Assembly (NCBI GenBank): GCA_040954595.2 | Contig: CM082576.2 | Coordinates: forward strand, 19,205,028 to 19,269,027 | Reading direction: 5' to 3' | Length of the DNA: 64,000 bases | DNA from: Balanoglossus misakiensis | Lineage: Eukaryota > Animalia > Hemichordata | Shown: positions 46,901 to 61,152 of the stretch, piece after piece | How the letters are laid out: every line of letters starts with the position of its first letter | Position numbering within the stretch: position 1 is the stretch's first letter | Notes under the pieces: model-generated | Databases searched by the model: none | Seen by the model: only the letters and a program-made list of their open reading frames with translations | Told to the model about the DNA's origin: nothing | Translations under genes and position numbers: made by a program

Positions 46901-49900
46901 TTCGACTTTGCAAAATCTCAAAATTTCGTCGATTTTTGAAAAAAATCATGGGTGAAAATCATCAAAAAAATGACAAATTTTCGACGTTGCAAAATCTCAA
47001 AATTTTGTTGAGTTTTGACAAAAATCATAGGTGAAAATCATCAAAAAATGACAAATTTTCGACTTTGCAAAATCTCAAAATTTCGTCGATTTTTGAAGAA
47101 AATCATGGGTGAAAATCATCAAAAAATGACAAATTTTCGACTTTGCAAAATCTCAAAATTTTTTCGATTTTTGAAAAATATCATTGGTGAAAATCATCAA
47201 AAAATGACAAATTTTGAAAAAAAAAACGGGTGAAAATGATCAAAAAATGACACATTTACGACTTTGCAAAATCTCAAATTTTCGTCGATTTTTGAAAAAA
47301 AATAATGGGTGAAAATCATCAAAAAATGAAAATTTTTCGTCTTTGCAAAATCTCAAAATTTCGTCCATTTTTGAAAAAAAAATCATGGGTAAAAATCATC
47401 AAAAATGACAAATTTTCGTCTTTGCAAAATCTCAAAATTTCGTCGATTTTTGAAGAAAATCATGGGTGAAAATCATCAAAAAATGACAAATTTTCGACTT
47501 TGCAAAATCTCAAAATTTTTTCGATTTTTGAAAAAAGACATGGGTGAAAATCATCAAAAAATGACAAATTTTCGACTTTGCAAAATCTCAAAATTTCGTA
47601 GATTTTTGAAAAAAAACATGGGTAAAAATCATCAAAAAATGACAAATTTTCGACTTTGCAAAATCTCAAAATTTCGTCCATTTTTAAAAAAAAAACATGG
47701 GGGAAAATCATCAAAAAATGACAAATTTTCGACTTTGCAAAATCTCAAAATTTCGTCAATTTTGAATAAAAATCATGGGTGAAAATCATCAAAAAATGAC
47801 AAATTTTCGACTTTGCAAAATCTCACAATTTCGTCGATTTTTGAAAAAAAATCATGGGTGAAAATGCATCAAAAAATGAGAAATTTTCGACTTTGCAAAA
47901 TCTCAAAATTTCGTCAATTTTGAAAAAAATCATGGGTGAAAATCATCAAAAAAATGACAAATTTTCGACGTTGCAAAATCTCAAAATTTTGTTGATTTTT
48001 GAAAAAAATCATAGGTGAAAATCATCAAAAAATGACAAATTTTCGACTTTGCAAAATCTCAAAATTTCGTCGATTTTTGAAGAAAATCATGGGTGAAAAT
48101 CATCAAAAAATGACAAATTTTCGACTTTGCAAAATCTCAAAATTTTTTCGATTTTTGAAAAATATCATTGGTGAAAATCATCAAAAAATGACAAATTTTG
48201 AAAAAAAAACGGGTGAAAATCATCAAAAAATGACACATTTTCGACTTCGCAAAATCTCAAAATTTTTTCGATTGTTGAAAAAAATCATCGGTGAAAATCA
48301 TCAAAAAATGACAAATTTTCGACTTTGCAAAATCTCAAAATTTCGTCGATTTTTGAAAAAAATCATGGGTGAAAATCATCAAAAAAATGACAAATTTTCG
48401 ACGTTGCAAAATCTCAAAATTTTGTTGATTTTTGACAAAAATCATAGGTGAAAATCATCAAAAAATGACAAATTTTCGACTTTGCAAAATCTCAAAATTT
48501 CGTCGATTTTTGAAGAAAATCATGGGTGAAAATCATCAAAAAATGACAAATTTTCGACTTTGCAAAATCTCAAAATTTTTTCGATTTTTGAAAAATATCA
48601 TCGGTGAAAATCATCAAAAAATGACAAATTTTCGACTTTGCAAAATCTCAAAATTTCGTCGATTTTTGAAAAAAATCATGGGTGAAAATCATCAAAAAAA
48701 TGACAAATTTTCGACGTTGCAAAATCTCAAAATTTTGTTGATTTTTGAAAAAAATCATAGGTGAAAATCATCAAAAAATGACAAATTTTCGACTTTGCAA
48801 AATCTCAAAATTTCGTCGATTTTTGAAGAAAATCATGGGTGAAAATCATCAAAAAACGACAAATTTTCGACTTTGCAAAATCTCAAAATTTTTTCGATTT
48901 TTGAAAAATATCATTGGTGAAAATCATCAAAAAAAGACAAATTTTGAAAAAAAACGGATGAAAATCATCAAAAAATGACACATTTTCGACTTTGCAAAAT
49001 CTCAAAATTTTTTCGATTGTTGAAAAAAATCATCGGTGAAAATCATCAAAAAATGACAAATTTTCGACTTTGCAAAATCTCAAAATTTCGTCGATTTTTG
49101 AAAAAAATCATGGGTGAAAATCATCAAAAAAATGACAAATTTTCGACGTTGCAAAATCTCAAAATTTTGTTGAGTTTTGACAAAAATCATAGGTGAAAAT
49201 CATCAAAAAATGACAAATTTTTGACTTTGCAAAATCTCAAAATTTCGTCGATTTTTGAAGAAAATCATGGGTGAAAATCATCAAAAAATGACAAATTTTC
49301 GACTTTGCAAAATCTCAAAATTTTTTCGATTTTTGAAAAATATCATTGGTGAAAATCATCAAAAAATGACAAATTTTGAAAAAAAACGGGTGAAAATGAT
49401 CAAAAAATGACACATTTACGACTTTGCAAAATCTCAAATTTTCGTCGATTTTTGAAAAAAAATAATGGGTGAAAATCATCAAAAAATGAAAATTTTTCGT
49501 CTTTGCAAAATCTCAAAATTTCGTCCATTTTTGAAAAAAAAGTCATGGGTAAAAATCATCAAAAATGACAAATTTTCGTCTTTGCAAAATCTCAAAATTT
49601 CGTCGATTTTTGAAGAAAATCATGGGTGAAAATCATCAAAAAATGACAAATTTTCGACTTTGCAAAATCTCAATTTTTTTTCGATTTTTGAAAAAAGACA
49701 TGGGTGAAAATCATCAAAAAATGACAAATTTTCGACTTTGCAAAATCTCAAAATTTCGTAGATTTTTGAAAAAAAACATGGGTAAAAATCATCAAAAAAT
49801 GACAAATTTTCGACTTTGCAAAATCTCAAAATTTCGTCCATTTTTTAAAAAAAAACATGGGGGAAAATCATCAAAAAATGACAAATTTTCGACTTTGCAA

Positions 49901-52900
49901 AATCTCAAAATTTCGTCAATTTTGAATAAAAATCATGGGTGAAAATCATCAAAAAATGAAAATTTTTCGTCTTTGCAAAATCTCAAAATTTCGTCCATTT
50001 TTGAAAAAAAAATCATGGGTAAAAATCATCAAAAATGACAAATTTTCGTCTTTGCAAAATCTCAAAATTTCGTCGATTTTTGAAGAAAATCATGGGTGAA
50101 AATCATCAAAAAATGACAAATTTTCGACTTTGCAAAATCTCAAAATTTTTTCGATTTTTGAAAAAAGACATGGGTGAAAATCATCAAAAAATGACAAATT
50201 TTCGACTTTGCAAAATCTCAAAATTTCGTAGATTTTTGAAAAAAAACATGGGTAAAAATCATCAAAAAATGACAAATTTTCGACTTTGCAAAATCTCAAA
50301 ATTTCGTCCATTTTTAAAAAAAAAACATGGGGGAAAATCATCAAAAAATGACAAATTTTCGACTTTGCAAAATCTCAAAATTTCGTCAATTTTGAATAAA
50401 AATCATGGGTGAAAATCATCAAAAAATGACAAATTTTCGACTTTGCAAAATCTCAAAATTTCGTCGATTTTTGAAGAAAATCATGGGTGAAAATCATCAA
50501 AAAATGACAAATTTTCGACTTTGCAAAATCTCAAAATTTTTTCGATTTTTGAAAAATATCATTGGTGAAAATCATCAAAAAATGACAAATTTTGAAAAAA
50601 AAACGGGTGAAAATCATCAAAAAATGACACATTTTCGACTTCGCAAAATCTCAAAATTTTTTCGATTGTTGAAAAAAATCATCGGTGAAAATCATCAAAA
50701 AATGACAAATTTTCGACTTTGCAAAATCTCAAAATTTCGTCGATTTTTGAAAAAAATCATGGGTGAAAATCATCAAAAAAATGACAAATTTTCGACGTTG
50801 CAAAATCTCAAAATTTTGTTGATTTTTGACAAAAATCATAGGTGAAAATCATCAAAAAATGACAAATTTTCGACTTTGCAAAATCTCAAAATTTCGTCGA
50901 TTTTTGAAGAAAATCATGGGTGAAAATCATCAAAAAATGACAAATTTTCGACTTTGCAAAATCTCAAAATTTTTTCGATTTTTGAAAAATATCATCGGTG
51001 AAAATCATCAAAAAATGACAAATTTTCGACTTTGCAAAATCTCAAAATTTCGTCGATTTTTGAAAAAAATCATGGGTGAAAATCATCAAAAAAATGACAA
51101 ATTTTCGACGTTGCAAAATCTCAAAATTTTGTTGATTTTTGAAAAAAATCATAGGTGAAAATCATCAAAAAATGACAAATTTTCGACTTTGCAAAATCTC
51201 AAAATTTCGTCGATTTTTGAAGAAAATCATGGGTGAAAATCATCAAAAAACGACAAATTTTCGACTTTGCAAAATCTCAAAATTTTTTCGATTTTTGAAA
51301 AATATCATTGGTGAAAATCATCAAAAAAAGACAAATTTTGAAAAAAAACGGATGAAAATCATCAAAAAATGACACATTTTCGACTTTGCAAAATCTCAAA
51401 ATTTTTTCGATTGTTGAAAAAAATCATCGGTGAAAATCATCAAAAAATGACAAATTTTCGACTTTGCAAAATCTCAAAATTTCGTCGATTTTTGAAAAAA
51501 ATCATGGGTGAAAATCATCAAAAAAATGACAAATTTTCGACGTTGCAAAATCTCAAAATTTTGTTGAGTTTTGACAAAAATCATAGGTGAAAATCATCAA
51601 AAAATGACAAATTTTTGACTTTGCAAAATCTCAAAATTTCGTCGATTTTTGAAGAAAATCATGGGTGAAAATCATCAAAAAATGACAAATTTTCGACTTT
51701 GCAAAATCTCAAAATTTTTTCGATTTTTGAAAAATATCATTGGTGAAAATCATCAAAAAATGACAAATTTTGAAAAAAAAACGGGTGAAAATGATCAAAA
51801 AATGACACATTTACGACTTTGCAAAATCTCAAATTTTCGTCGATTTTTGAAAAAAAATAATGGGTGAAAATCATCAAAAAATGAAAATTTTTCGTCTTTG
51901 CAAAATCTCAAAATTTCGTCCATTTTTGAAAAAAAAGTCATGGGTAAAAATCATCAAAAATGACAAATTTTCGTCTTTGCAAAATCTCAAAATTTCGTCG
52001 ATTTTTGAAGAAAATCATGGGTGAAAATCATCAAAAAATGACAAATTTTCGACTTTGCAAAATCTCAAATTTTTTTCGATTTTTGAAAAAAGACATGGGT
52101 GAAAATCATCAAAAAATGACAAATTTTCGACTTTGCAAAATCTCAAAATTTCGTAGATTTTTGAAAAAAAACATGGGTAAAAATCATCAAAAAATGACAA
52201 ATTTTCGACTTTGCAAAATCTCAAAATTTCGTCCATTTTTTAAAAAAAAACATGGGGGAAAATCATCAAAAAATGACAAATTTTCGACTTTGCAAAATCT
52301 CAAAATTTCGTCAATTTTGAATAAAAATCATGGGTGAAAATCATCAAAAAATGAAAATTTTTCGTCTTTGCAAAATCTCAAAATTTCGTCCATTTTTGAA
52401 AAAAAAATCATGGGTAAAAATCATCAAAAATGACAAATTTTCGTCTTTGCAAAATCTCAAAATTTCGTCGATTTTTGAAGAAAATCATGGGTGAAAATCA
52501 TCAAAAAATGACAAATTTTCGACTTTGCAAAATCTCAAAATTTTTTCGATTTTTGAAAAAAGACATGGGTGAAAATCATCAAAAAATGACAAATTTTCGA
52601 CTTTGCAAAATCTCAAAATTTCGTAGATTTTTGAAAAAAAACATGGGTAAAAATCATCAAAAAATGACAAATTTTCGACTTTGCAAAATCTCAAAATTTC
52701 GTCCATTTTTAAAAAAAAAACATGGGGGAAAATCATCAAAAAATGACAAATTTTCGACTTTGCAAAATCTCAAAATTTCGTCAATTTTGAATAAAAATCA
52801 TGGGTGAAAATCATCAAAAAATGACAAATTTTCGACTTTGCAAAATCTCACAATTTCGTCGATTTTTGAAAAAAAATCATGGGTGAAAATGCATCAAAAA

Positions 52901-55900
52901 ATGAGAAATTTTCGACTTTGCAAAATCTCAAAATTTCGTCAATTTTGAAAAAAATCATGGGTGAAAATCATCAAAAAAATGACAAATTTTCGACGTTGCA
53001 AAATCTCAAAATTTTGTTGATTTTTGAAAAAAATCATAGGTGAAAATCATCAAAAAATGACAAATTTTCGACTTTGCAAAATCTCAAAATTTCGTCGATT
53101 TTTGAAGAAAATCATGGGTGAAAATCATCAAAAAATGACAAATTTTCGACTTTGCAAAATCTCAAAATTTTTTCGATTTTTGAAAAATATCATTGGTGAA
53201 AATCATCAAAAAATGACAAATTTTGAAAAAAAAACGGGTGAAAATCATCAAAAAATGACACATTTTCGACTTCGCAAAATCTCAAAATTTTTTCGATTGT
53301 TGAAAAAAATCATCGGTGAAAATCATCAAAAAATGACAAATTTTCGACTTTGCAAAATCTCAAAATTTCGTCGATTTTTGAAAAAAATCATGGGTGAAAA
53401 TCATCAAAAAAATGACAAATTTTCGACGTTGCAAAATCTCAAAATTTTGTTGATTTTTGACAAAAATCATAGGTGAAAATCATCAAAAAATGACAAATTT
53501 TCGACTTTGCAAAATCTCAAAATTTCGTCGATTTTTGAAGAAAATCATGGGTGAAAATCATCAAAAAATGACAAATTTTCGACTTTGCAAAATCTCAAAA
53601 TTTTTTCGATTTTTGAAAAATATCATCGGTGAAAATCATCAAAAAATGACAAATTTTCGACTTTGCAAAATCTCAAAATTTCGTCGATTTTTGAAGAAAA
53701 TCATGGGTGAAAATCATCAAAAAACGACAAATTTTCGACTTTGCAAAATCTCAAAATTTTTTCGATTTTTGAAAAATATCATTGGTGAAAATCATCAAAA
53801 AATGACAAATTTTGAAAAAAAAACGGGTGAAAATCATCAAAAAATGACACATTTTCGACTTTGCAAAATCTCAAAATTTTTTCGATTGTTGAAAAAAATC
53901 ATCGGTGAAAATCATCAAAAAATGACAAATTTTCGACTTTGCAAAATCTCAAAATTTCGTCGATTTTTGAAAAAAATCATGGGTGAAAATCATCAAAAAA
54001 ATGACAAATTTTCGACGTTGCAAAATCTCAAATTTTGTTGATTTTTGACAAAAATCATAGGTGAAAATCATCAAAAAATGACAAATTTTCGACTTTGCAA
54101 AATCTCAAAATTTCGTCGATTTTTGAAGAAAATCATGGGTGAAAATCATCAAAAAATGACAAATTTTCGACTTTGCAAAATCTCAAAATTTTTTCGATTT
54201 TTGAAAAATATCATGGGTGAAAATCATCAAAAAATGACAAATTTTTGACTGCAAAATCTCAAAATTTCGTCGATTTTTGAAAAAAAATCATTGTTGAAAA
54301 TCATCACAAAATGACAAATTTTCCTCTTTGCAAAATCTCAAAATTTCGTCGATTTTTGAAAAAAGACATGGGTGAAAATCATCAAAAAATGACAAATTTA
54401 CGACTGCAAAATCTCAAAATTTCGTCGATTTGTGAAAAAAAATCATGGGTGAAAATCATCAAAAAATGACAAATTTTTGACTGCAAAATCTCAAAATTTC
54501 GTCAATTTTTGAAAAAAATCATGGTTGAAAATCATCATGACAATGACAAATTTTCGACTTTGCAAAATCTCAAAATTTCGTCGATTTTGAAAAAAATCAT
54601 GGGTTCGTCCATTTTTGAAAAAAAAACATTCGGTGAAAATCATCAAAAAATGACAAATTTTCGACTTTGCAAAATCTGAAAATTTCGTCGATTTTTGAAA
54701 AAAATCATGGGGGAAAATGATCAAAAAATGACAATTTTTTTACTGCAAAATCTCAAAATTTCATCGATTTTTGAAAAAAATCATGGGTGAAAATCATCAA
54801 AAAATGACAAATTTTCGACTTTGCAAAATCTCAAAATTTCGTCGATTTTTGAAGAAAATCAAGGGTGAAAATCATCAAAAAATGACAAATTTTCGACTTT
54901 GCAAAATCTGAAAATTTCGTCGATTTTTGAAAAAAATCATGGGTGAAAATCATCAAAAAATGACAAATTTTTGACTGCAAAATCTCAAAATTTCGTCAAT
55001 TTTTGAAAAAAATCATGGTTGAAAATCATCATGACAATGACAAATTTTCGACTTTGCAAAATCTCAAAATTTCGTCGATTTTGAAAAAAATCATGGGTTC
55101 GTCCATTTTTGAAAAAAAAACATTGGGTGAAAATCATCAAAAAATGACAAATTTTCGACTTTGCAAAATCTCAAAATTTCGTCGATTTTTGAAGAAAATC
55201 ATGGGTGAAAATCATCAAAAAATGACAAATTTTCGACTTTGCAAAATCTCAAAATTTCGTCGATTTTTGAAAAAAAATCATGGGGAAAATGATCAAAAAA
55301 TGACAAATTTTCGACTGCAAAATTTCAAAATTTCGTCAATTTTGAAAAAATCATGGGTGAAAATCATCAAAAAATGACAAATTTTCGACTGCAAAATCTC
55401 AAAATTTCGTCGATTTTTGAAAAAAAAACGGGTGAAAATCATCAAAAAATGACAAATTTTCCTCTTTGCAAAATCTATAAATTTCGTCGATTTTTGAAAA
55501 ATTTTCAACTTTGCAAAATCTCAAAATTTCGTCGATTTTAGAAAAAAATCATGGGGGAAAATCATCAAAAAATGTCAAATTTTCGACTGCAAAATCTCAA
55601 AATTTCGTCGATTTTTGAAATAAATCATTGTTGAAAATTATCAAAAAATGACAAATTTTCCTCTTTGCAAAATCTCAAAATTTCGTCGATTTTTTGAAAA
55701 AAGACGGGTGAAAATCATCTAAAAATGACAAATTTTCGACTTTGCAAAATCTCAAAATTTCGTTGATTTTTGAAAAAAATCATGGGTGAAAATCATCAAC
55801 AAATGACAATTTTTTTACTGCAAAATCTCAAATTTTCGTCGATTTTTTAAAAAAATTGTTGAAAATCATCAAAAAATGACAAATTTTTGACTGCAAAATC

Positions 55901-58900
55901 TCAAAATTTCGTCGATTTTTGAAAAAAAATCATTGTTGAAAATCATCAAAAAATGACAAATTTTCCTCTTTGCAAAATCTCAAAATTTCGTCGATATTTG
56001 AAAAAAGACATGGGTGAAAATCATCAAAAAATGACAAATTTTCGACTTTGCAAAATCTCAAAATTTCGTCGATTTTTGAAAAAATCATGGGTGAAAATCA
56101 TGAAAAAATGACAAATTTTCGACTTTGCAAAATCTGAAAATTTCGTCGATTTTTGAAAAAAATCATGGGGGAAAATGATCAAAAAATGACAAATTTTCGA
56201 CTGCAAAATCTCAAAATTTCGTCAATTTTGAAAAAAATCATGGTCGAAAATCATCAAATAATGACAATTTTTTTTACTGCAAAATCTCAAAATTTCATCG
56301 ATTTTTGAAAAAAATCATGGGTGAAAATCATCAAAAAATGACAAATTTTCGACTTTGCAAAATCTCAAAATTTCGTCGATTTTTGAAGAAAATCAAGGGT
56401 GAAAATCATCAAAAAATGACAAATTTTCGACTTTGCAAAATCTCAAAATTTCGTCGATTTTTGAACAAAATCATGGGGAAAATGATCAAAAAATGACAAA
56501 TTTTCGACTGCAAAATTTCAAAATTTCGTCAATTTTGAAAAAATCATGGGTGAAAATCATCAAAAAATGACAAATTTTCGACTGCAAAATCTCAAAATTT
56601 CGTCGATTTTTGAAAAAAAACCGGGTGAAAATCATCAAAAAATGACAAATTTTCGACTGCAAAGACTCAAAATTTCGTCAATTTTGAAAAAAATCATGGG
56701 TGAAAATCATCAAAAAATGACAAATTTTCCTCTTTGCAAAATCTATAAATTTCGTCGATTTTTGAAAAATTTTCAACTTTGCAAAATCTCAAAATTTCGT
56801 CGATTTTTGAAAAAAATCATGGGGGAAAATCATCAAAAAATGACAAATTTTCGACTGCAAAATCTCAAAATTTCGTCGATTTTTGAAATAAATCATTGTT
56901 GAAAATTATCAAAAAATGACAAATTTTCCTCTTTGCAAAATCTCAAAATTTCGTCGATTTTTTGAAAAAAGACGGGTGAAAATCATCTAAAAATGACAAA
57001 TTTTCGACTTTGCAAAATCTCAAAATTTCGTTGATTTTTGAAAAAAATCATGGGGGAAAATCATCAAAAAATGACAGATTTTCGACTTTGCAAAATCTGA
57101 AAATTTCGTCGATTTTTGAAAAAAATCATGGGTGAAAATCATCAAAAAATGACAAATTTTTGACTGCAAAATCTCAAAATTTCGTCAATTTTTGAAAAAA
57201 ATCATGGTTGAAAATCATCATGACAATGACAAATTTTCGACTTTGCAAAATCTCAAAATTTCGTCGATTTTGAAAAAAATCATGGGTTCGTCCATTTTTG
57301 AAAAAAAAACATTGGGTGAAAATCATCAAAAAATGACAAATTTTCGACTTTGCAAAATCTCAAAATTTCGTCGATTTTTGAAGAAAATCATGGGTGAAAA
57401 TCATCAAAAAATGACAAATTTTCGACTTTGCAAAATCTCAAAATTTCGTCGATTTTTGAAAAAAAATCATGGGGAAAATGATCAAAAAATGACAAATTTT
57501 CGACTGCAAAATTTCAAAATTTCGTCAATTTTGAAAAAATCATGGGTGAAAATCATCAAAAAATGACAAATTTTCGACTGCAAAATCTCAAAATTTCGTC
57601 GATTTTTGAAAAAAAAACGGGTGAAAATCATCAAAAAATGACAAATTTTCCTCTTTGCAAAATCTATAAATTTCGTCGATTTTTGAAAAATTTTCAACTT
57701 TGCAAAATCTCAAAATTTCGTCGATTTTAGAAAAAAATCATGGGGGAAAATCATCAAAAAATGTCAAATTTTCGACTGCAAAATCTCAAAATTTCGTCGA
57801 TTTTTGAAATAAATCATTGTTGAAAATTATCAAAAAATGACAAATTTTCCTCTTTGCAAAATCTCAAAATTTCGTCGATTTTTTGAAAAAAGACGGGTGA
57901 AAATCATCTAAAAATGACAAATTTTCGACTTTGCAAAATCTCAAAATTTCGTTGATTTTTGAAAAAAATCATGGGTGAAAATCATCAACAAATGACAATT
58001 TTTTTACTGCAAAATCTCAAATTTTCGTCGATTTTTTAAAAAAATTGTTGAAAATCATCAAAAAATGACAAATTTTTGACTGCAAAATCTCAAAATTTCG
58101 TCGATTTTTGAAAAAAAATCATTGTTGAAAATCATCAAAAAATGACAAATTTTCCTCTTTGCAAAATCTCAAAATTTCGTCGATATTTGAAAAAAGACAT
58201 GGGTGAAAATCATCAAAAAATGACAAATTTTCGACTTTGCAAAATCTCAAAATTTCGTCGATTTTTGAAAAAATCATGGGTGAAAATCATGAAAAAATGA
58301 CAAATTTTCGACTTTGCAAAATCTGAAAATTTCGTCGATTTTTGAAAAAAATCATGGGGGAAAATGATCAAAAAATGACAAATTTTCGACTGCAAAATCT
58401 CAAAATTTCGTCAATTTTGAAAAAAATCATGGTCGAAAATCATCAAATAATGACAATTTTTTTTACTGCAAAATCTCAAAATTTCATCGATTTTTGAAAA
58501 AAATCATGGGTGAAAATCATCAAAAAATGACAAATTTTCGACTTTGCAAAATCTCAAAATTTCGTCGATTTTTGAAGAAAATCAAGGGTGAAAATCATCA
58601 AAAAATGACAAATTTTCGACTTTGCAAAATCTCAAAATTTCGTCGATTTTTGAACAAAATCATGGGGAAAATGATCAAAAAATGACAAATTTTCGACTGC
58701 AAAATTTCAAAATTTCGTCAATTTTGAAAAAATCATGGGTGAAAATCATCAAAAAATGACAAATTTTCGACTGCAAAATCTCAAAATTTCGTCGATTTTT
58801 GAAAAAAAACCGGGTGAAAATCATCAAAAAATGACAAATTTTCGACTGCAAAGACTCAAAATTTCGTCAATTTTGAAAAAAATCATGGGTGAAAATCATC

Positions 58901-60267
58901 AAAAAATGACAAATTTTCCTCTTTGCAAAATCTATAAATTTCGTCGATTTTTGAAAAATTTTCAACTTTGCAAAATCTCAAAATTTCGTCGATTTTTGAA
59001 AAAAATCATGGGGGAAAATCATCAAAAAATGACAAATTTTCGACTGCAAAATCTCAAAATTTCGTCGATTTTTGAAATAAATCATTGTTGAAAATTATCA
59101 AAAAATGACAAATTTTCCTCTTTGCAAAATCTCAAAATTTCGTCGATTTTTTGAAAAAAGACGGGTGAAAATCATCTAAAAATGACAAATTTTCGACTTT
59201 GCAAAATCTCAAAATTTCGTTGATTTTTGAAAAAAATCATGGGGGAAAATCATCAAAAAATGACAGATTTACGACTACAAAATCTCAAAATTTCGTCGAT
59301 TTGTGAAAAAAAATCATGGGTGAAAATCATCAAAAAATGACAAATTTTCGACTTTGCAAAATCTCAAAATTTTGCCAATTTTGAAAAAATCATGGGTGAA
59401 AATCATCAAAAAATGACAAATTTTTTACTGCAAAATCTCAAATTTTCGTCGATTTTTTAAAAAAATTGTTGAAAATCATCAAAAAATGACAAATTTTTGA
59501 CTGCAAAATCTCAAAATTTCGTCGATTTTTGAAAAAAAATCATTGTTGAAAATCATCACAAAATGACAAATTTTCCTCTTTGCAAAATCTCAAAATTTCG
59601 TCGATTTTTGAAAAAAGACATGGGTGAAAATCATCAAAAAATGACAAATTTACGACTGCAAAATCTCAAAATTTCGTAGATTTGTGAAAAAAAATCATGG
59701 GTGAAAATCATCAAAAAATGACAAATTTTTGACTGCAAAATCTCAAAATTTCGTCAATTTTTGAAAAAAATCATGGTTGAAAATCATCATGACAATGACA
59801 AATTTTCGACTTTGCAAAATCTCAAAATTTCGTCGATTTTGAAAAAAATCATGGGTTCGTCCATTTTTGAAAAAAAAACATTCGGTGAAAATCATCAAAA
59901 AATGACAAATTTTCGACTTTGCAAAATCTCAAAATTTCGTCGATTTTTGAAGAAAATCATGGGTGAAAATCATCAAAAAATTACAAAATTTTCGACTTTG
60001 CAAAATCTCAAAATTTCGTCAATTTTGAAAAAAATCATCGGTGAAAATCATCAAAAAATTACAAATTTTTTACTGCAAAATCTCAAATTTTCGTCGATTT
60101 TTTAAAAAAATTGTTGAAAATCATCAAAAAATGACAAATTTTCCTCTCTTGCAAAATCTCAAAATTTCGTCGATTTTTGAAAAAAGACGGGTGAAAATCA
60201 TCAAAAAATGACAAATTTTCGACTTTGCAAAATCTCAAAATTTCGTCGATTTTTGAAAAAAATCATG
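43955..60267 (+). repeat. 78-bp satellite array 2 (about 16.3 kb, roughly 210 monomers) with two higher-order-repeat domains
   Basis: Same monomer and orientation as array 1. Variant blocks recur at 1416 bp (45989/47405), 2394-2395 bp (48432/50826, 49565/51960, 50035/52430) and 2189 bp (55003/57192, 56546/58735). Confidence 0.98.
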
Positions 60268-61152
60268 GCAGGTGTCAAAGGTATCCCCCTGTATTTGGCA
60301 TTTCATGATAGTTTCCTCCCTCCAAATACCAAAGCTGCACCTGTACAACGGGATGAGATATGGCACTGTATGACAGAGGTCATCAAAATCACCTTATACA
60401 TTTGGGCAAAAACCAACTGACACTTACATTCGTCCCTGTGGAACAAAAACCACACCTATCGCCCTGTTGGTTAGTGTACAATTAAATGTACAAAATCAAT
60501 GACTTAGGCAGGTGCAACAGGTGACCCCGCCTTTGGTATGTCATTATGGTCCCATCCGTATATGCCCCCCCCCCCCCCAAGCCAAAGCTGCATGCATCTT
60601 CTGTAGATGCTCACTAAGCAAAAGTAGGTGAAAGGTCACATAAGGTCGCCCACAACTTGACGGGAAAATCGGACTTCATATTGATCCATGTGCAACAAAT
60701 ACCACGCTACCACCCCTTTCATTGACCCCACAATTACGCATGCACATAATTATTGAGTTACGCAGGTGTCACAGGTGACCCCCGAATCGGGTGTATTATT
60801 TTGGTCCCATACAGCTGCATGTAGCTGCGTGCCGTTACGGGCGACCTGATAACCCACACGGCCACCTGCGGGCCGACCCCCATACTGAACGTCCAGTTGC
60901 AACATCACGACTGAAGTAGGAACTTTTGAACGGCAACGAAGCCTGATCTCTGATTATTGCTGGTACCATACTCCCTTCGTGCAAGAAAATCACTGGTCTG
61001 CTGACGTATTTCAGGCAATTTCCCAAACTACTATCCACTACATGTGACTACAATGCTAATGAAACCTCCCACAACATTAGCGACTTAGAGTCAAAGCCCA
61101 CTGCCAGTGTAGCCGGGTTTGCGTAGACACATTTGAATGGCAACAGCTAACA

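Noticed and set aside
33277-60267. CRISPR-like regularity
   Set aside because: Head-to-tail monomers with no unique spacers, no cas genes, and a eukaryotic context.
43955-60267. CENP-B box (TTCG and CGGG both occur in some variants)
   Set aside because: The spacing does not match TTCGnnnnAnnCGGG.
33327-60420. Dozens of ORFs with the 26-aa repeat MGENHQKMTNFRLCKISKFRRFLKKI
   Set aside because: Artefact of the 78-bp (26-codon) satellite; frames shift at every homopolymer length change.
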